DNA of 61,790 nucleotides, counting the filler, from Rhabdomonas costata (taxonomy: Eukaryota): assembly GCA_019059605.1 (NCBI GenBank). It is 20 parts of 20 records of this genome, joined end to end, with 100 filler letters (N's around TTAATTAATTAA, not from the genome) between each part and the next. Parts side by side here need not be neighbours in the genome. Positions count along the whole stretch, not along the records: positions 9,296 to 12,287 come from JAHMHO010001580.1; positions 12,388 to 15,381 come from JAHMHO010001581.1; positions 15,482 to 18,474 come from JAHMHO010001582.1; positions 18,575 to 21,565 come from JAHMHO010001583.1; positions 21,666 to 24,652 come from JAHMHO010001584.1; 15 more parts are not named here. One strand, 5' to 3'. The notes below the pieces were generated by a model. The model was not told the origin of the DNA, searched no databases, and was given only the letters and a program-made list of their open reading frames with translations. This document shows positions 11,201 to 24,628 of the stretch, piece after piece; positions within the stretch are counted from its first letter, which is position 1; the number at the start of each line of letters is the position of its first letter. The translations under genes were made by a program, and so were the position numbers.

Positions 11201-11789
11201 TCCCTCAAAACACCGAAGCGGCTTCCCAATGCTTCGGGGTGAGGGCGCCTTTTCATTCCATATCTGCTGAAGTAAATGTTGTGAAAAGGTTTCTTTGTTG
11301 TGCGCTTTTTTTTCCATACCCATGTCTCGCCCACCACCACCACTCCCAACCCTACCTCTACCCCACCCCCAAAAAAAAGAATATGCCGGTCCCCTGGTTG
11401 GTTTTTTAGCCTGCATTCGCGGCTTTGCATTGCGCTGTTGTCTGTTTTACAGCTTTCCTTTCTTTTCATTTCCTTCCTTTTCTTGCTCTTCGTTGTTTTG
11501 TTTCACTTTTTGTCACCGAAAATAGAAAATGGGATGCGCTCCCTTTTGCCGTCTCGCCGACTCTGTGGAGTCTTCGCCGCAGCCCTCGCAACTGTCGCGT
11601 GACCCGCAGAGGGTTTATACCCTCTCTCTGCCGACGGTAACGCACTATCAGCCGACGCTCCCATCTTACCCCTACAAATCTCTTCGCATGAATATCTCTC
11701 AGTCAAGAAGGCTCATAGGTGGAATCTCCGTCCCTGGGCCGCCTGGGGGCTGTCTGCACGATTTGAGGAAGTTTACGGCGTGGTCGCCA

Positions 11790-11845
11790 CTAAGAATGCT
11801 TTGTACTTTCAGTCATTCTAAGAGTGCTTTGTACTTTCAGTCATT
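11790..11845. repeat. 28-bp tandem duplication
   Basis: ctaagaatgctttgtactttcagtcatt / ctaagagtgctttgtactttcagtcatt, 1 mismatch. Confidence 0.9.
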
Positions 11846-12461
11846 TGGAGTCCAGGGAGTTCTTGGAAGTGGGCGTTTTTAGAGTTAGTTTCTTCTTCTG
11901 TTCACGTTTTCTCGGCTTCCTTACAAAAAAGGCTTCCGCCGGGCCTGTGGGGGGAGGGCATGGCACCCTTCCCTCTCCCAAAGAGGAGCTTCCCCCTGGC
12001 GGAGGCGGTAGCGGCGTAGAGACAATGGTTTTCCCCACAACCCCTGCATTGCTGCATTGGACGCAGTTCTTTCGCCATATCTCCGCTGCTTGCCCTTGTG
12101 CTCAGGCCTCAGGCTAAAGCAGGGCTAAAGGCAAAAGTGCGAGGGCTCCCAATCGCGTCAAAGAGTGTCTTAGAAGTGCAAGAGCCGCAAAGGGCGCATG
12201 CTTTGAAGTGGTGTGAGCAGAGATCTGAGAAATGGCCCAAACGGCGGAAATGCGCAAGTGAGGGCTCGTTTTTTTCCCCACCCACAANNNNNNNNNNNNN
12301 NNNNNNNNNNNNNNNNNNNNNNNNNNNNNNNTTAATTAATTAANNNNNNNNNNNNNNNNNNNNNNNNNNNNNNNNNNNNNNNNNNNNGGGGTTTTGTGTC
12401 TGTATCCCCCCCCCTCCTGAAAGAGTAGCAGGCAACACCGGCAAAGGCAAACGCAACCAAC

Positions 12462-14603
12462 CATGGAAGGCTCCCACACTCCCAAGTTCGAGCGGTGTTG
12501 GGTGAGGCTGCCTGAGACAACGAAACCGATCATCCCCACCCCAGCTGCACAGGATGAATCGGAAGACAAAAACATTCTATCGAAAGAATGATTCACCCGC
12601 CCCCACGATAAAACAAAGAAGCCACTCAGCGCAACGCACACTCCAGCTCGTCAAAAGCGAGAGAAGCAATTGTCAGGTCCAGATAGCACTCCACCGCGCT
12701 CACCCCGACGCATTTTCTCTGGCTTGGGAGATGAGCAGTCAGCAGCATGAATTGACACCTGGGAGTTGTTCGCGTTGACGGAGTACGTGCTCATGGGCTC
12801 CCCGGCTCGGGTGACGATGAGCGCGATCGGGGCGTAGTCCGTCGATCCCAAGCAAACCATCACCACCCCGCTTACCGGGCCCAGCAGCGTCAGGCTGCTG
12901 GTCCGTTCAGAGGGGAGGATAGAAAAGGCCTGTGGACAGTGGGCAAGCCCGTAGGAGGACCCCAAGGAGAGAAGAAGGGGAGGACGGAGGATGCCGAGAG
13001 ATTACTGTCCCGCTGTTTGGGATTCGTAAGCAGATTCCAACCCCCCGTCAGGGATTTTTTGAGGCCATGAAAAGCCATCGTGCATAGTTTCGTCCACAAA
13101 CACACACAAATGCGAACCAACAGACACATCTATCTAAGCCAAAGAAGAAATCGACCGCGAAAAGCACAATGCAATCACTGGTGCGAACGAAAGAAAGCCA
13201 TAATTGATAGCAACCCTGCTTCCGTAGCACAGTGCTTTCTTTTCGAACTCAACAAAACGCCGCGAAAAGATTACTGGCACACCCGGGACAAGGCGCACTC
13301 GCAAAAACCAAATTGAAGCCTAAATAACTGAAAAGAAACGCGAACCCATGATCCATCAATCAATTTTATGCCCTAAATTTGAGTCGTTAATTTTTTGCAA
13401 AAGAAAAAATTCGGGAAAAAGATTTAAAAAAAACAGTTTTTCAGAATACCTGACCAGTGACCAAAAAACCACAGCAAAGGGACAAAATCAGAGAAAAGTA
13501 CGAACGTAGGGTGCGAGGGAGAGCATTTCGTCCAGGTTGTTCAGGTCGAGACCCATGCTGGTGGTGAACCGAACCACCGATTGCACCGCTTTTTGCACGG
13601 ACTCCAGGAAGTCGTGCACACTGCTCACAAACTGGGCGGGTGGAGACCCACAGGCCAGTGAGCGATCACACAGCGGAAAAATCCCTTTCAAAGCTGAACC
13701 CGAATTGCTACCACAACGATCAAACGGTCAAATGATCTTCACGTTCCTTGCTGCAGTCGGGGGACACTAAAATTGAAAGGCGAAACAGATGGCCGAGACT
13801 TTTGGAATATCTAACCCCAAAATAATTCCGGACAGCGGAGAGGAACAGGAACATCGCAGATACACTTGGCTTTCTCCGCCTCAAAATTTGATCCGCTGCA
13901 TCGCGAGCCTTACAGAGCGACAGCGCCATTATCGCTGCAGCTCGTCTGCGCGCAGGTCTTTTCTGGGTTTCCTCTTGGAAACGTGTTGCAGACATAAGGA
14001 ATGAAATGCCGCGTAAGTTCACAAGCTGCGCAGAGGGCAGAGAGGGTTCTTAGGCTCTGGACCAAAGTATGGGGGAGCGGACAGGTTGTCAAAGAAAAAC
14101 ACAAACGTCAAGGACACAGGGTAACAAAAAACCTCAGAACCTCGGTGCCCCAGTCATCGCTCCCAAAGGAATGCGGCAAAGAGGTGGACGCGCGGGAGGC
14201 CTACCTGGGCCAGGCCCTTCTCCAGAAGCTCCGCACTCATTGCCAGGACCTGCTCCTGAGAGGCCCCAAACGCCGCCATCATGGACACCTCCGAGACCTC
14301 CACGGAGCGCTGCAATGCCGCCGCGGACTCGGAGGTGATGTTCATCGTGATCTCGGTGGTTCGGGAGGAGATGTCCAGCATAGAGGCCGCGGAGGCGTCC
14401 TTGAGCTCGGTGAGGGCATGAGTGGAGTAGGCCACCATAACCAGCACCACGCACCCCGTGGTCAGCACCAGGGCGGCCACGAAGAAGCTGAGGCTGCAGA
14501 CCCGGATCGAGGTCAGCCTCTGAAGGGTGGTCTCCTGCCGCGGGGGCTCAAACGGCATCACCCGAGAGTGCATCATGGCGATGTGGTCACCTTCTATAGC
14601 CAT
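12462..14603 (-). CDS. 5' exons of a membrane-anchored receptor-type protein (adenylate/guanylate cyclase-like N-terminus)
   Basis: GT-AG exons 14205-14603, 13506-13631, 12759-12929 and 12462-12511 splice in frame. SIRVCSLSFFVAALVLTTGCVVLVMVAY is a TM helix followed by a long helical ectodomain. No catalytic domain on this contig, so the product is inferred. Confidence 0.55.
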
Positions 14604-16286
14604 TTCGACAGATGAACCAGAAAAGCAGACATGAGAATGAAATGAAAAGTGGGCGGGGGCACACCAGAAAGGAAGAAGGAAGAAAAGGCACGAGAAAGCA
14701 GCAACAAGGAAGCAAAGAAAAGGTGAGGGGTTGGGCACTGCATGACAAATAGAGCAGAGATAGGGGGGTAGTCCGTTTCTGGCACATGAGCTTGCCCTGG
14801 TAATGTTTCCAAGCAAAAGTGGGGGAAGCGTCAAAAAACTAGCGGTCACTGCAACAGTGGAAGATGGCTCCAGAATTCACAGCTAATGGAGCATGCCCAA
14901 TGGAGCATGCGCACACGCTCATTCTACCACGTCTATCCATCCAACCGCCAACCGCCTTGCATCCCTGCACCTCATTTTCGCCTCCACATCTTTCTTCCCC
15001 CGTTGCAAAGGTACTCTTGTGCTTTCGCCTCTGTTTTACCAATCAAAAAAACCACAGCATGTCCAGAGCAGTGTTTTCAAGGCGGCATAATCAAGGCTGC
15101 AGCGTTGCAACCCTGCGCTCTCGCGAACCTCTTCGTTAGGTTTTGGCTGAGGTGTTTTGCCAAGCTGCTCCGAAAACACCCGCATTTCCGCTTCAATCCC
15201 ATTCCAAACACTGTCAAGCTGCAGGGTACAGACAAAAACTCTTCTAGTGCAATGCCTTCCAGGTCATCCACACGCCACACGCCTATAACACACGAAAGCA
15301 GTCCACGCCATTCCAGCCCAGGCCTAAGGCCTTTCTACGGAGATGCCAGGACTCCGGACACACACTCAACCCCCACCCCCCNNNNNNNNNNNNNNNNNNN
15401 NNNNNNNNNNNNNNNNNNNNNNNNNTTAATTAATTAANNNNNNNNNNNNNNNNNNNNNNNNNNNNNNNNNNNNNNNNNNNNTCGAGGGTTTGTGTGGGAG
15501 TCGCGGGGTTGGGTGTCGAAGGGTGGATGTTGCTGCTGTTGTTGAAGGTGCTGGTGCTTTATCGCCCCTGGTGGGGCAAGGAGACACGGCCACCGCTGGC
15601 AGCAGATTTATCGTGAGTACTCGGTGTCTCGTGGAACTCCTGCCGGAGCCACTGTTTTGTCACACCCGGGGCAGTTGAGGTACGCGGCTGTTCCTCCCGC
15701 GTTTTGCTTCTCGATTGCTGCTTGGGAATTCCACCATCAGCGCATAGTACATCTGCTCTGGCGACGCCACCACTTTCGAGCACTCGGGCATTCTCCTGTC
15801 GTTCTTTGTGCTATCTTGCACTCTTGCATATGTCCGGCTCTGCTGCTTCACTGAGAGCGTTCCAGAGATGCCGCAAGTCGGACTGGGCATCCCGCGTGGC
15901 TTCCACGGGCCCTATGTCCTTCAGAGCGGCGTAGCCTTCTTTCACAGCCGACGGCAGCGGTGGGCGTCCAGCTGCCAACTCTGATAGAGCTGGAAGAAAT
16001 TTTTCTGCGAGGGGCGTTTTTCTTTGAGCCAGGCTGTTTCGAAGGCTTGTCAGGAGCTCGGCATCCGCGGCCATAGCTGAAGCACGGCGTTAAGCCCAAA
16101 GTTCTCGTCATCGTTGTCCATTCGCGGAGGCTGCGGGTGGGGAGGGACCGTGGAGTCATGTAGTACATGCTCTGGATGGTGCGGGGCGCTGAGGTTTGAA
16201 CAGCTGGCTCGTGGAGGGGAATTGGCTAGGCTCTTTCGCCCGAGGGGCGAAACAACACAACGTGGACACACGGTTTCCTCAGCGCT

Positions 16287-17412
16287 TCAGGCCCTCAATT
16301 TCTTTGAATCTCGCTCACTCGCAGAGGTCGAACTTTGCGCCGAGGGGGAACCTCTCCTCCAGCTTGGAGTTGATCGCGCAGGGAGCTGTCGGGGCGTCCC
16401 TGGCAGAGCCCACTTCCAGAAAGGTATTCCAGCGCTTTTGGTCCACGAAAGGTGGAGTCCAGAATGTGTTCTCATCGTCACGGTAAACCAGTGGGTGCCC
16501 AGCTTCCGCCTACAAAATATGATATCAATTTTATATTGCAGAAATATCGTTTCATGACAATTTTCATGACGATGAAGAAGATGAGGCATACCCGGGGCAG
16601 TGTGCGCACGCCTTCTTGTCCTTGAAGTTGTGCATGGCTTCGCACTTGGGGTTGCCGCAGCTGTTGTAGCTTCGGGTCTGCCCAGATATGAAATCCATTA
16701 CTTCGCAGGACAACAGGATTGCTCCGCACATCTCTTGTCCATCGGGGGAAAGCCCATCTTTCACCGCTCCCCGGAAATGGTGAAACGGATTGTAAGTCGG
16801 AATAAAGGCAGCCAGGGGGCATGGCGTGTCGTGCATGTCCACGTCGAGGATATGGACGTTGGTTGCGGTCGATACCATTCCGGAGGGACGGAAGAAGGAC
16901 ACAAACCCAACTGGATTCACGCACACATACATACGCACGAAAACACAGTGTCATTCAGACAGGTTTTTTGGTCATGTGATTGCAGTTGCAGTTTGGAAGG
17001 ATGTGTGGGAGTGTGCTCGCGCGCGTAGAATACCTTGTCCCGCATGGAACATTTCAGGTGTGGAAGTGAGAAGCGCCGAGGCCGTGGGCATGTCCAGGGT
17101 GATGCCGCCGATGGAACCCTTCGTGTCCATAACGAAAACCATTTTTGGCACACTTTTCTTTGATGTGCCACTGGGAAGCTTCTTTGCCGCCTTGTACGAC
17201 TGGGGCACCAGGCGGCTGTAGGTCGTGTCCATCTCGACGGGCTCTTCGTGAACATGAAGAATCAGCGCATCAAGGCCGTAATTTGTATGCGACTTTCGCT
17301 GGGTTGGGTCAGGGTTCGCGCTGCTGTACTGACGCATAACCCCGTCCTCGATGGAGATGTATTCGAACTTCGTTGCCTGCTCCGTACGATCATTGTAACT
17401 TTCGCTGGACAT
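16287..17412 (-). CDS. Three-exon gene for a C4 zinc-ribbon, possibly RPA/OB-fold-like protein
   Basis: Exons 17034-17412, 16592-16910 and 16287-16509 splice in frame through GT-AG introns. YNSCGNPKC-x11-CAHC followed by WFTVTMRTHSG. Confidence 0.55.
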
Positions 17413-18729
17413 TTTCGCGGAAGCAATAACCCAACAAAAGCGGCAGGCTGAGGGAAAATTTACCCACCTATGTAACGCTGCTCTTCTTTTTCCCTTTTGG
17501 CAGGGAAAAAGAAGAGCAGCCGCATGAAGCTCAAAGTTGATATATTTTTTGTTTTTGTGTGCTTTTTGGCTTTTTTGTAAAAAGAGCATTGTTCTGTACC
17601 ATGTTTGTTTCTCCAAACACCTTAACTGCAATTTCAATTGGTGGGAACGAAAATTAGCTTAGTTTTATGTGAATACTGTTCGAATTAGCTGTACCAACCC
17701 TATTTAGTGCCATGTCATCGTCTCCTCGATGCAGACATATTCTGCGACCCAGCCAACTGACTTTATCCACCCATTTTTGGAATATTCAACACTCTCAGTC
17801 GTCTAGTCTTGCAGAGAAATTGATTCTGAGTTACCGAAGTGTAAACTATTGGTAGGAACGCACGCATGTATTCTCTTCAAATGGATGGTGCGCGTGCCAC
17901 CATCCACCACCAAGTAAAATGGCATGGATTTAGATTGCGGAACACCAAAATGCGGAATGACGACAGAGCAAGGCACGACACACCTTTTTTTGTTGAAGGT
18001 TCGTTTGCAAAGCCTTTTTTTTTGCAAAGCCTTGTTTGTGCTGCTGGGTCTTTTGTTTGTTGACTGTTTGTTTTTTCGTCCCTCCTTTCACTCCGCCGAA
18101 CCCCCCCACGACACACACACACACCCATCCGCTGATGTGTTGTTGATGTCTTGGAATAGCATCAGGACCACGTTGGATGAACCGAAATTAAATGGAAGCA
18201 GCTGACGGAAAGCTAGGACAACCACACTCCAGCGGAATTAGCTTTTAGCCTCACGAGCAATGAGCGAGGTACTGTAAATGAAAGGAAAGCCTTCTGTATG
18301 AGCTATTCTTCTGTGCGGAACAGATAAATGGCAAAAAAAAACCATTGTGGAGGGTTTAAACAGAAATTGCATATCATGTGCCTTTGAACAACCATGTTCC
18401 ATTAATCACGGGGGAACTGAATTGTCAAGTCGAATTTTGAAGATAAACATGTCAAATGTCAATAAAAACAAACCNNNNNNNNNNNNNNNNNNNNNNNNNN
18501 NNNNNNNNNNNNNNNNNNTTAATTAATTAANNNNNNNNNNNNNNNNNNNNNNNNNNNNNNNNNNNNNNNNNNNNGTTTTGGGGGGCAACGCTCCGTGGTT
18601 AGGGAGCAATGCACAGGTACTTCTTGTCGTTCGTTGCAGACAATGTTTACTATTTTGACCTCGAAACACTTTGTAGCACTTTGTAGTTCTGAATTTTTTC
18701 TTTTTATGCTTTTTTGAAGAAAAGTGGCA

Positions 18730-21028
18730 TGTTATGTGAACCTCCTGACTGTTGCTCTAGCTGTGGTGGCCATGTTACTCGGGATTTCAGAAGCAAGCCG
18801 GCTGTGAAGTGCAAGAGGAAGGAGGTGCCAGATATGGATCACTTGCTCCATGAACTCAAATTTGGAAGGCCGTAGACTCTATCATAAGCAAGTTCTGTAC
18901 TTTTTCTACTACTGGGCTCATGACTCGGATGAACAACGTGCTGTGAATATGCTAGGGTTGGTGTACCACACTGTCGCTGAGTAGAGGCTCAGATTATGTG
19001 TGGCAAATGCTGAGAAGGCCCGTGAATAGCGCTTGGGTTGGAAGGGAATAGTTGTGGAATGTGACGAATGTGAAGTTGGAATGGCTCATAATGGCCTTGA
19101 TGCTCTTCCCGAAGGTAGGTACATTAGTGCAGTTATGCCAATTTAACTTATTCGGTGATTAGATATGACTTAGGAAGATGTGATGGATGAAGTTCGTCCT
19201 TTGCAAACGGCTTCGCGGGGTTATGGTGGGCAGATTAACAAGTTGAGTACTGACTTGACAGCGGTGACGGACCGACTTGACCCTTTGGAAATGGCTTTGC
19301 GGGACACGTATGGCCCACCTGGGTGGCTTATCAACGTACATGCTCGACTGGAAAAGGCAAATGAGGACCTTGCCGGCGCAGCAGCAGTGCCTGGAGGTCG
19401 TCTGTCTTTGCCAGCAGAGATACACGATGGGATGTTAGATGATGCGGAGCAAGATCGAAAGCAAATTAAGGAGTTGACCGACACATTGAAGGATGCTAGG
19501 GGGCAGATTATCGACGTTAATGCTCGACTGGAAAAGGCAAACGAGGACCTTGCCGCCGTAACGGCAGTGCCTGGAGGTCGTCTGGGTGAGTTAGAAAAGG
19601 CACGTATTGAGATGTTAGACGATGCGTGGAAAGATTGGAAGCAAATTAAGAACTTGACCGACGCCTTGAAAGATGCCCAGAGGAAGTTTATCGACTTACA
19701 TGCTATGGAAAAAGTAAATAAGAAACTTTCTGCCGTGGGAGAGCAGGGGAAAACGCTGGGATGTTGGAGAGACATCGAAAGCAAATCAATGACTTGACAA
19801 CGGCCTTGGAAAATCGTGAGTGGCATCTTGCTGTGGTGCACAGCACTATAAAGGCCATGGAAAACGAGTTGGAGCTTTGGAAACCGCCTCTGGGTCTTTT
19901 AAGTGGTGGTCTTGGATGAGTAGCAACGCTAGAACGACAGGATGTGGAGGAGTGATCTCCGGCTTTAAGTACTATGATGACCAGCTTACTAGTGTGCGCA
20001 GCGCCTAGCGAGCATAGTGGAACGAGTTGGAGGTTTGGCAACTACCTTGAATAACCATGGAGAGCAGCTTACCAATCTAAATTTACGTACTGTACTAGAG
20101 AGATCTGAGCTCGGCTGAATGAACCTCAGGTTACGGGTATGATGTTGCAGGAGGATGTAGAGAAGGATCGAGGGCAAGTTAATTTGATGGATGGATGGGG
20201 GCAGCCTATATGGGCAGGCAAGGATCAAGGGACCATATAGGGGCAGACTAGCACGTTTTGTACGGACGTGTCAACGGTACATGGCCAATTTTATGCTCCT
20301 CAGGGTGTTTTGCAGGACCCACCACAGGGCCATAACGTACGCGCTGAACTGGAAAGGGTAAAAAGAGAGCTTGCAGAGCTTAGGGATGAGTTGTCCTCAC
20401 AGAGGACTTCCGATCTAACATAAATGGATCGCTAGAATGCCGAAAGGACAAAGGCAATGGAACAAGAACTGCAAGCATCTAAAGAGGAGATTTCCAATAT
20501 GCGCAATTTAAACCGGTCAGTGACATTGCCTGTGCAAGCAGTACTGGGCTAATGCAGCCAAACCAGAAAGGGGAGTTTGATGTACTCACCAACAGCACTG
20601 ATAGTTGCTTGTGCCGGAAGATAGCAGGAAGCATCCCTCCAGTGGTATTGGGTCATTCCGAAGAGAGTCCCACTGATGGTGGCGCAACCTCTAGTGATAG
20701 TGGAGAGTGTATCGAACCTGAACGGATTCATCCACCGTGGTGCCCATTGCTCCTCATTGATGGGATCGTGGCTGGTGCTGATGGCATCGGGGTGCCCGTT
20801 GCCCCCGATGTCGTAGGTATTCTTGGACAATGTAGTACGCTAATGAGAAGCCCAGGAGAAAGCAAACGATCAAGTGCCGTTCAATTGGTCCCGGTATCCA
20901 CAGAAGTGATTTCTACTACGGCCTCAAAAGGAAGAGCCGGACCACAAAGCCCAAGAATCACGAATTCGAGGAACCAAAGAAGCAGCACAAGACAGCAGCA
21001 GCAGCAGCAGAATAACAAGAAGAGATAG
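18730..21028 (+). pseudogene. Decayed intronless coiled-coil repeat protein gene
   Basis: Heptad-like ORF 19180-19797 with internal repeats. Homologous peptide continues in a shifted frame after about 19750. Many stops on both sides; signal-peptide-like VNLLTVALAVVAMLLGISEA near 18740. Confidence 0.5.
19321..19810 (+). repeat. 180-bp tandem repeat (2 full copies plus a degraded third)
   Basis: 19321-19500 and 19501-19680 align (tgctcgactggaaaaggcaaa...cagtgcctggaggtcgtctg...gcaaattaag...ttgaccgac); the third copy starts at 19681. Confidence 0.9.
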
Positions 21029-22257
21029 ACTTTACGACCCACGAATGTTGCGCCGTTGTAGCCAGACCCAGTTTTGCGGACCTTTTGGTGCAGACTCCTG
21101 TTGTTTCCCATTTTGCGTTCCTTATAATCTGATTTGATGTTTTTGTGCTCAGGCTTTCTAGTTAGGTGTGGGTGTGTGTAAGTGTTGAAATCTCATTTAT
21201 ATAACTTAAGTGTTTGTATATTATTTCTTTCGGTTACACACCTCCACTGAATCCTCTAATCGGCTGCTTCAACCCGCCGGGGTCCCCATTTTTCACACAA
21301 AGCAAGGACCTTGTGGTGGCGGATGTGTAGCCTCAACCACCTGGAGGTACCCTGCGGACTATGGTTAATTCCTTTTTAATAATTGCTTTTTACAAACCAT
21401 TTGGTCTCCGATTAGAGAATTGTTAATTTCAAAGCTAACCCATTAGCATATTAAAACCAGTGATGTAACCATATTTTGTAGTTAATGTTCTCTCCTGATG
21501 GCCAAAAGGTATGCATACACAAAAACATATAAATTAATCATGAGAATCCACTAACAATGGTATGANNNNNNNNNNNNNNNNNNNNNNNNNNNNNNNNNNN
21601 NNNNNNNNNTTAATTAATTAANNNNNNNNNNNNNNNNNNNNNNNNNNNNNNNNNNNNNNNNNNNNTGTTGTTTGTGATGTTTGCTTGTGGCGACTCTTTC
21701 ATCGTGCGCCTTTTCTTGGGGAGGGTTCGTACCATATAATCTGCGGCTTAGAGAGACCCCAGGATGCAGTACAGTTATGAAGTTGCTTTCTGGGTGTGCA
21801 AGCAGTACCTCCTCCCCAACCTTCACACATATACCCCCCCCCGTAGGGAGTGTAGTTTATCTTTTAAATTGTGGCTTCGCTCGATCACGTGATGAATTGA
21901 GCGATGGACGCGTTGGCAGGTCGAGGGGTGCGAGGAGCCGATAGCCAGGTGCGTATGACTGAACTGTTGCAGGTATTGGTACTCCCCCCCCCTTCCAGCG
22001 TTCTGATGTTTCTCGCAGACTGCTCTTTCTTGTTACTGACGTGGTACTTTCTTGTCCTGGTCCAGAAATTTCGCCTCTGTTCTCTCTACGTTTGTGAAAA
22101 GTTGGAAGTTAGACTTTCTGCCCGTCCGTTGAGTTCCCACACCACTGCACTTGCTGCTTTTCCAAATTCCCGGCGTCGCGTGGGAGGCGCCGCAGCAGTT
22201 TTAGACATTAAGCGCAGGCGGCGGGAAGGCTTGTTGGTGGGGGAAGCCTGCAGTGCG

Positions 22258-24628
22258 ATGGAGCCTTGGGTAGGTCATGTGCGGGCTCTTATGATGGGGT
22301 TCCCCAAACTGAGAGCTGGCCAAAGGAGGGCGGCGATCCACCGCCTTCTGAGCAAAGTGGCCCTGCAGGAGCTGCCAGAGGCGAGGAGCCAGCTTCTGCA
22401 GCTTACTGAGCAAGTTTGTCCCCTCTCCACACCCCATCCATACCAAATCTCGGGCGAAGTGAGCGTAAATTGTCCTTCCTTATTTGCTTTGGTGGGGGCC
22501 AGCTGCAACTCCTCGCAGCTTGCCTGCTGGGGATCTGCACCCAGAGCTGGGACTGACGATGTCCCTACTCTGGGGAACGATGGTTGCCATTTCACAACGA
22601 CAAAGCTGAATTTGATCTGAGCCAAAGCTGCATCGCTTCTCTGAATTGGGGATTGGGACACTGTGCTGACGCTGGTGGACTGTGTACCACCTGCAATAAC
22701 AGCACTATCGTTTCTGCTTTCTTTATCTGAATGCTTGAAACACGTGTGTTGTGCATTGTGGCTTGGCTTTGCTTGTCCCCTGGCGATTGTCAAGCTAGTG
22801 TTGACCAGCCTCAGGGCTCCTTCTTTGTCTCGCAGGCCTATGGTTGCCGGGTGGACCCTTTCGCTCTGGACCCCATCTTCTGTAGTATGGCTGCCGCCGC
22901 CCCTGCAGAGCTGGCGCAGTTCTGGGCGTTGCCAAAGCTGCTGCCTGGACTGGCCCCAGAGCAGGCCTCAGTGTACTCCCTGAGCTTCCTGGGGGTCCTG
23001 CTGCCCCACCTGCCCCTCTCTCCCACCACAGGCATGTCCCTTGGCGGAGCTGCGAGCATGCGTCAGTTGAACGGGGAGGTTTTATATGGCACCTTTTTTG
23101 AGGATTTTTCTTTATCTTTGGTTTTTTTTCCTTATTCCTGATTTCCCCGATGGCGTAACATTTGGTTTTTCCCTGGTTTTGGGAGTGCATATGACCGCCG
23201 GGCTTGTGCTCGCAGTGCAGCGTCAACCGAAGGATCAGAAGGAGCGCTTGGATCGACACCAAGGCTCGGCGCTTTGTAATGCGAGGGAGAGTTGGCACGG
23301 CCTTCTTTTGCTTCTTTGTTTTTTATGTGGAGCGTGCTGCTGATAGTCAGCGTGAAGTGCACGGAGCGGAATTCTCTGAAACGGAATTGCAACCGCTTCA
23401 AACCGCAGCTGGAAACTCGCCTTGAACGGCACAGGTGGTGCGGTGCGCGCCGCGGTGCTCAAGCTCGCGCAGGGTAGCCGCACCTCCACTGACCTCACCT
23501 TCGCTCTGAGCGTGCTTCTCCTGCGCAACCCCCGGCTGTGCTGTGAGAGGTGGGTTGCACTTTTACCTACTTGCGCTCGTGTTATTTTGCTCTCTTTCTC
23601 AGCATAGCGAGGTTTTGCCGGCGAAAGAGAACGAGATGATGCCTGTGAATGCTGTGGATACTGGAGGGGCGCTGCTACTGCTCTGCTGCACTGTTTTAAT
23701 TTCCACGGCGTAAAAGTTGTAGCACCGCTTTCCATTCAATAACTTCCACTTACCTTGTACCTCTGAAACTTTCTATCGAAAACACTCGGTTTTTGCTTTT
23801 CAGGCATCTGCGAAGTTGCACTTTAGCTTTGTGATGCGTCTTGAATCATCATATTTCGCGGTGGGGCACTGCCTTTCTCAATTTACCACAATGCCTGAAT
23901 GAAGACCGTCATGCCCGGTGGTCAGCTTTACGTCTCGATAGCGGCTTCTGTCCGCTCTGTCAGGCTGGCTTTGGCAAGCCAGGTCTTGGGATGGCTCGGC
24001 AGCCTAAGGGAGAATTCCAGTTGTGGTGGCCGCCCCACCACTGGCGGCAGTTGCAGCAGCGGCAGCAGCTCCAGCAGCGCCGCCCTCAACAGCTGTGAAG
24101 GGTATAGCGACTGCTCTGGGGAGGCCACCTCTGTTTTGGCGGACACCTACGCCGCAGTCGTCGCGCTCTGCTGGAACACCGGCACGGGCATCGACGAGGT
24201 TGCCTTCCCCCATTCCGCACTCCCAGTCCAATAATTCCACAGTTCCTTCGAAGTGATGCAACCCTCAGCTTCTTTATCTTCCTGTGCGGATTTTTGAACC
24301 AATTTCCTCTTTCTGGTTTCCCCCCTACTCTCAGAAATGCGTGCAGTGTATGATGGGTTTCTTGAAATTTGTTTGGTTTTACCATTCCGAAAAGAGAGGG
24401 TACTGCAACACGACAGCACTTGTAGTGAAGCAGAATTTGTACCCGAAGTTGAGCACGTGAGGTTGAGGGATGGGTCCGCGCTTCGTGCGAAGATAATTGC
24501 GTTTCTCGGTTTCACCGCCAAAAAGTGTTCTTCTTTGCCGTTTCTGTGCTTCTCAGACCATTGTGTACTCCGTCCTGCACAAGGTACTGGAACTGCTGAA
24601 AGTCAGCTCCGGACCTGGCTGTGTGCTG
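22258..24628 (+). CDS. Multi-exon hypothetical protein (Leu/Ala-rich, helical-repeat-like)
   Basis: GC-rich blocks (MEPWVGHVRALMMGFPKL.., AYGCRVDPFALDPIF.., AVRAAVLKLAQG..LLLRNPRLCCER, LALASQVLGWL..NTGTGIDE) separated by T-rich introns. Exact model not resolved. Confidence 0.45.

Noticed and set aside
18730-21028. Alternative genetic code (stop readthrough)
   Set aside because: Frameshifts accompany the stops, and other genes end or splice normally under the standard code.
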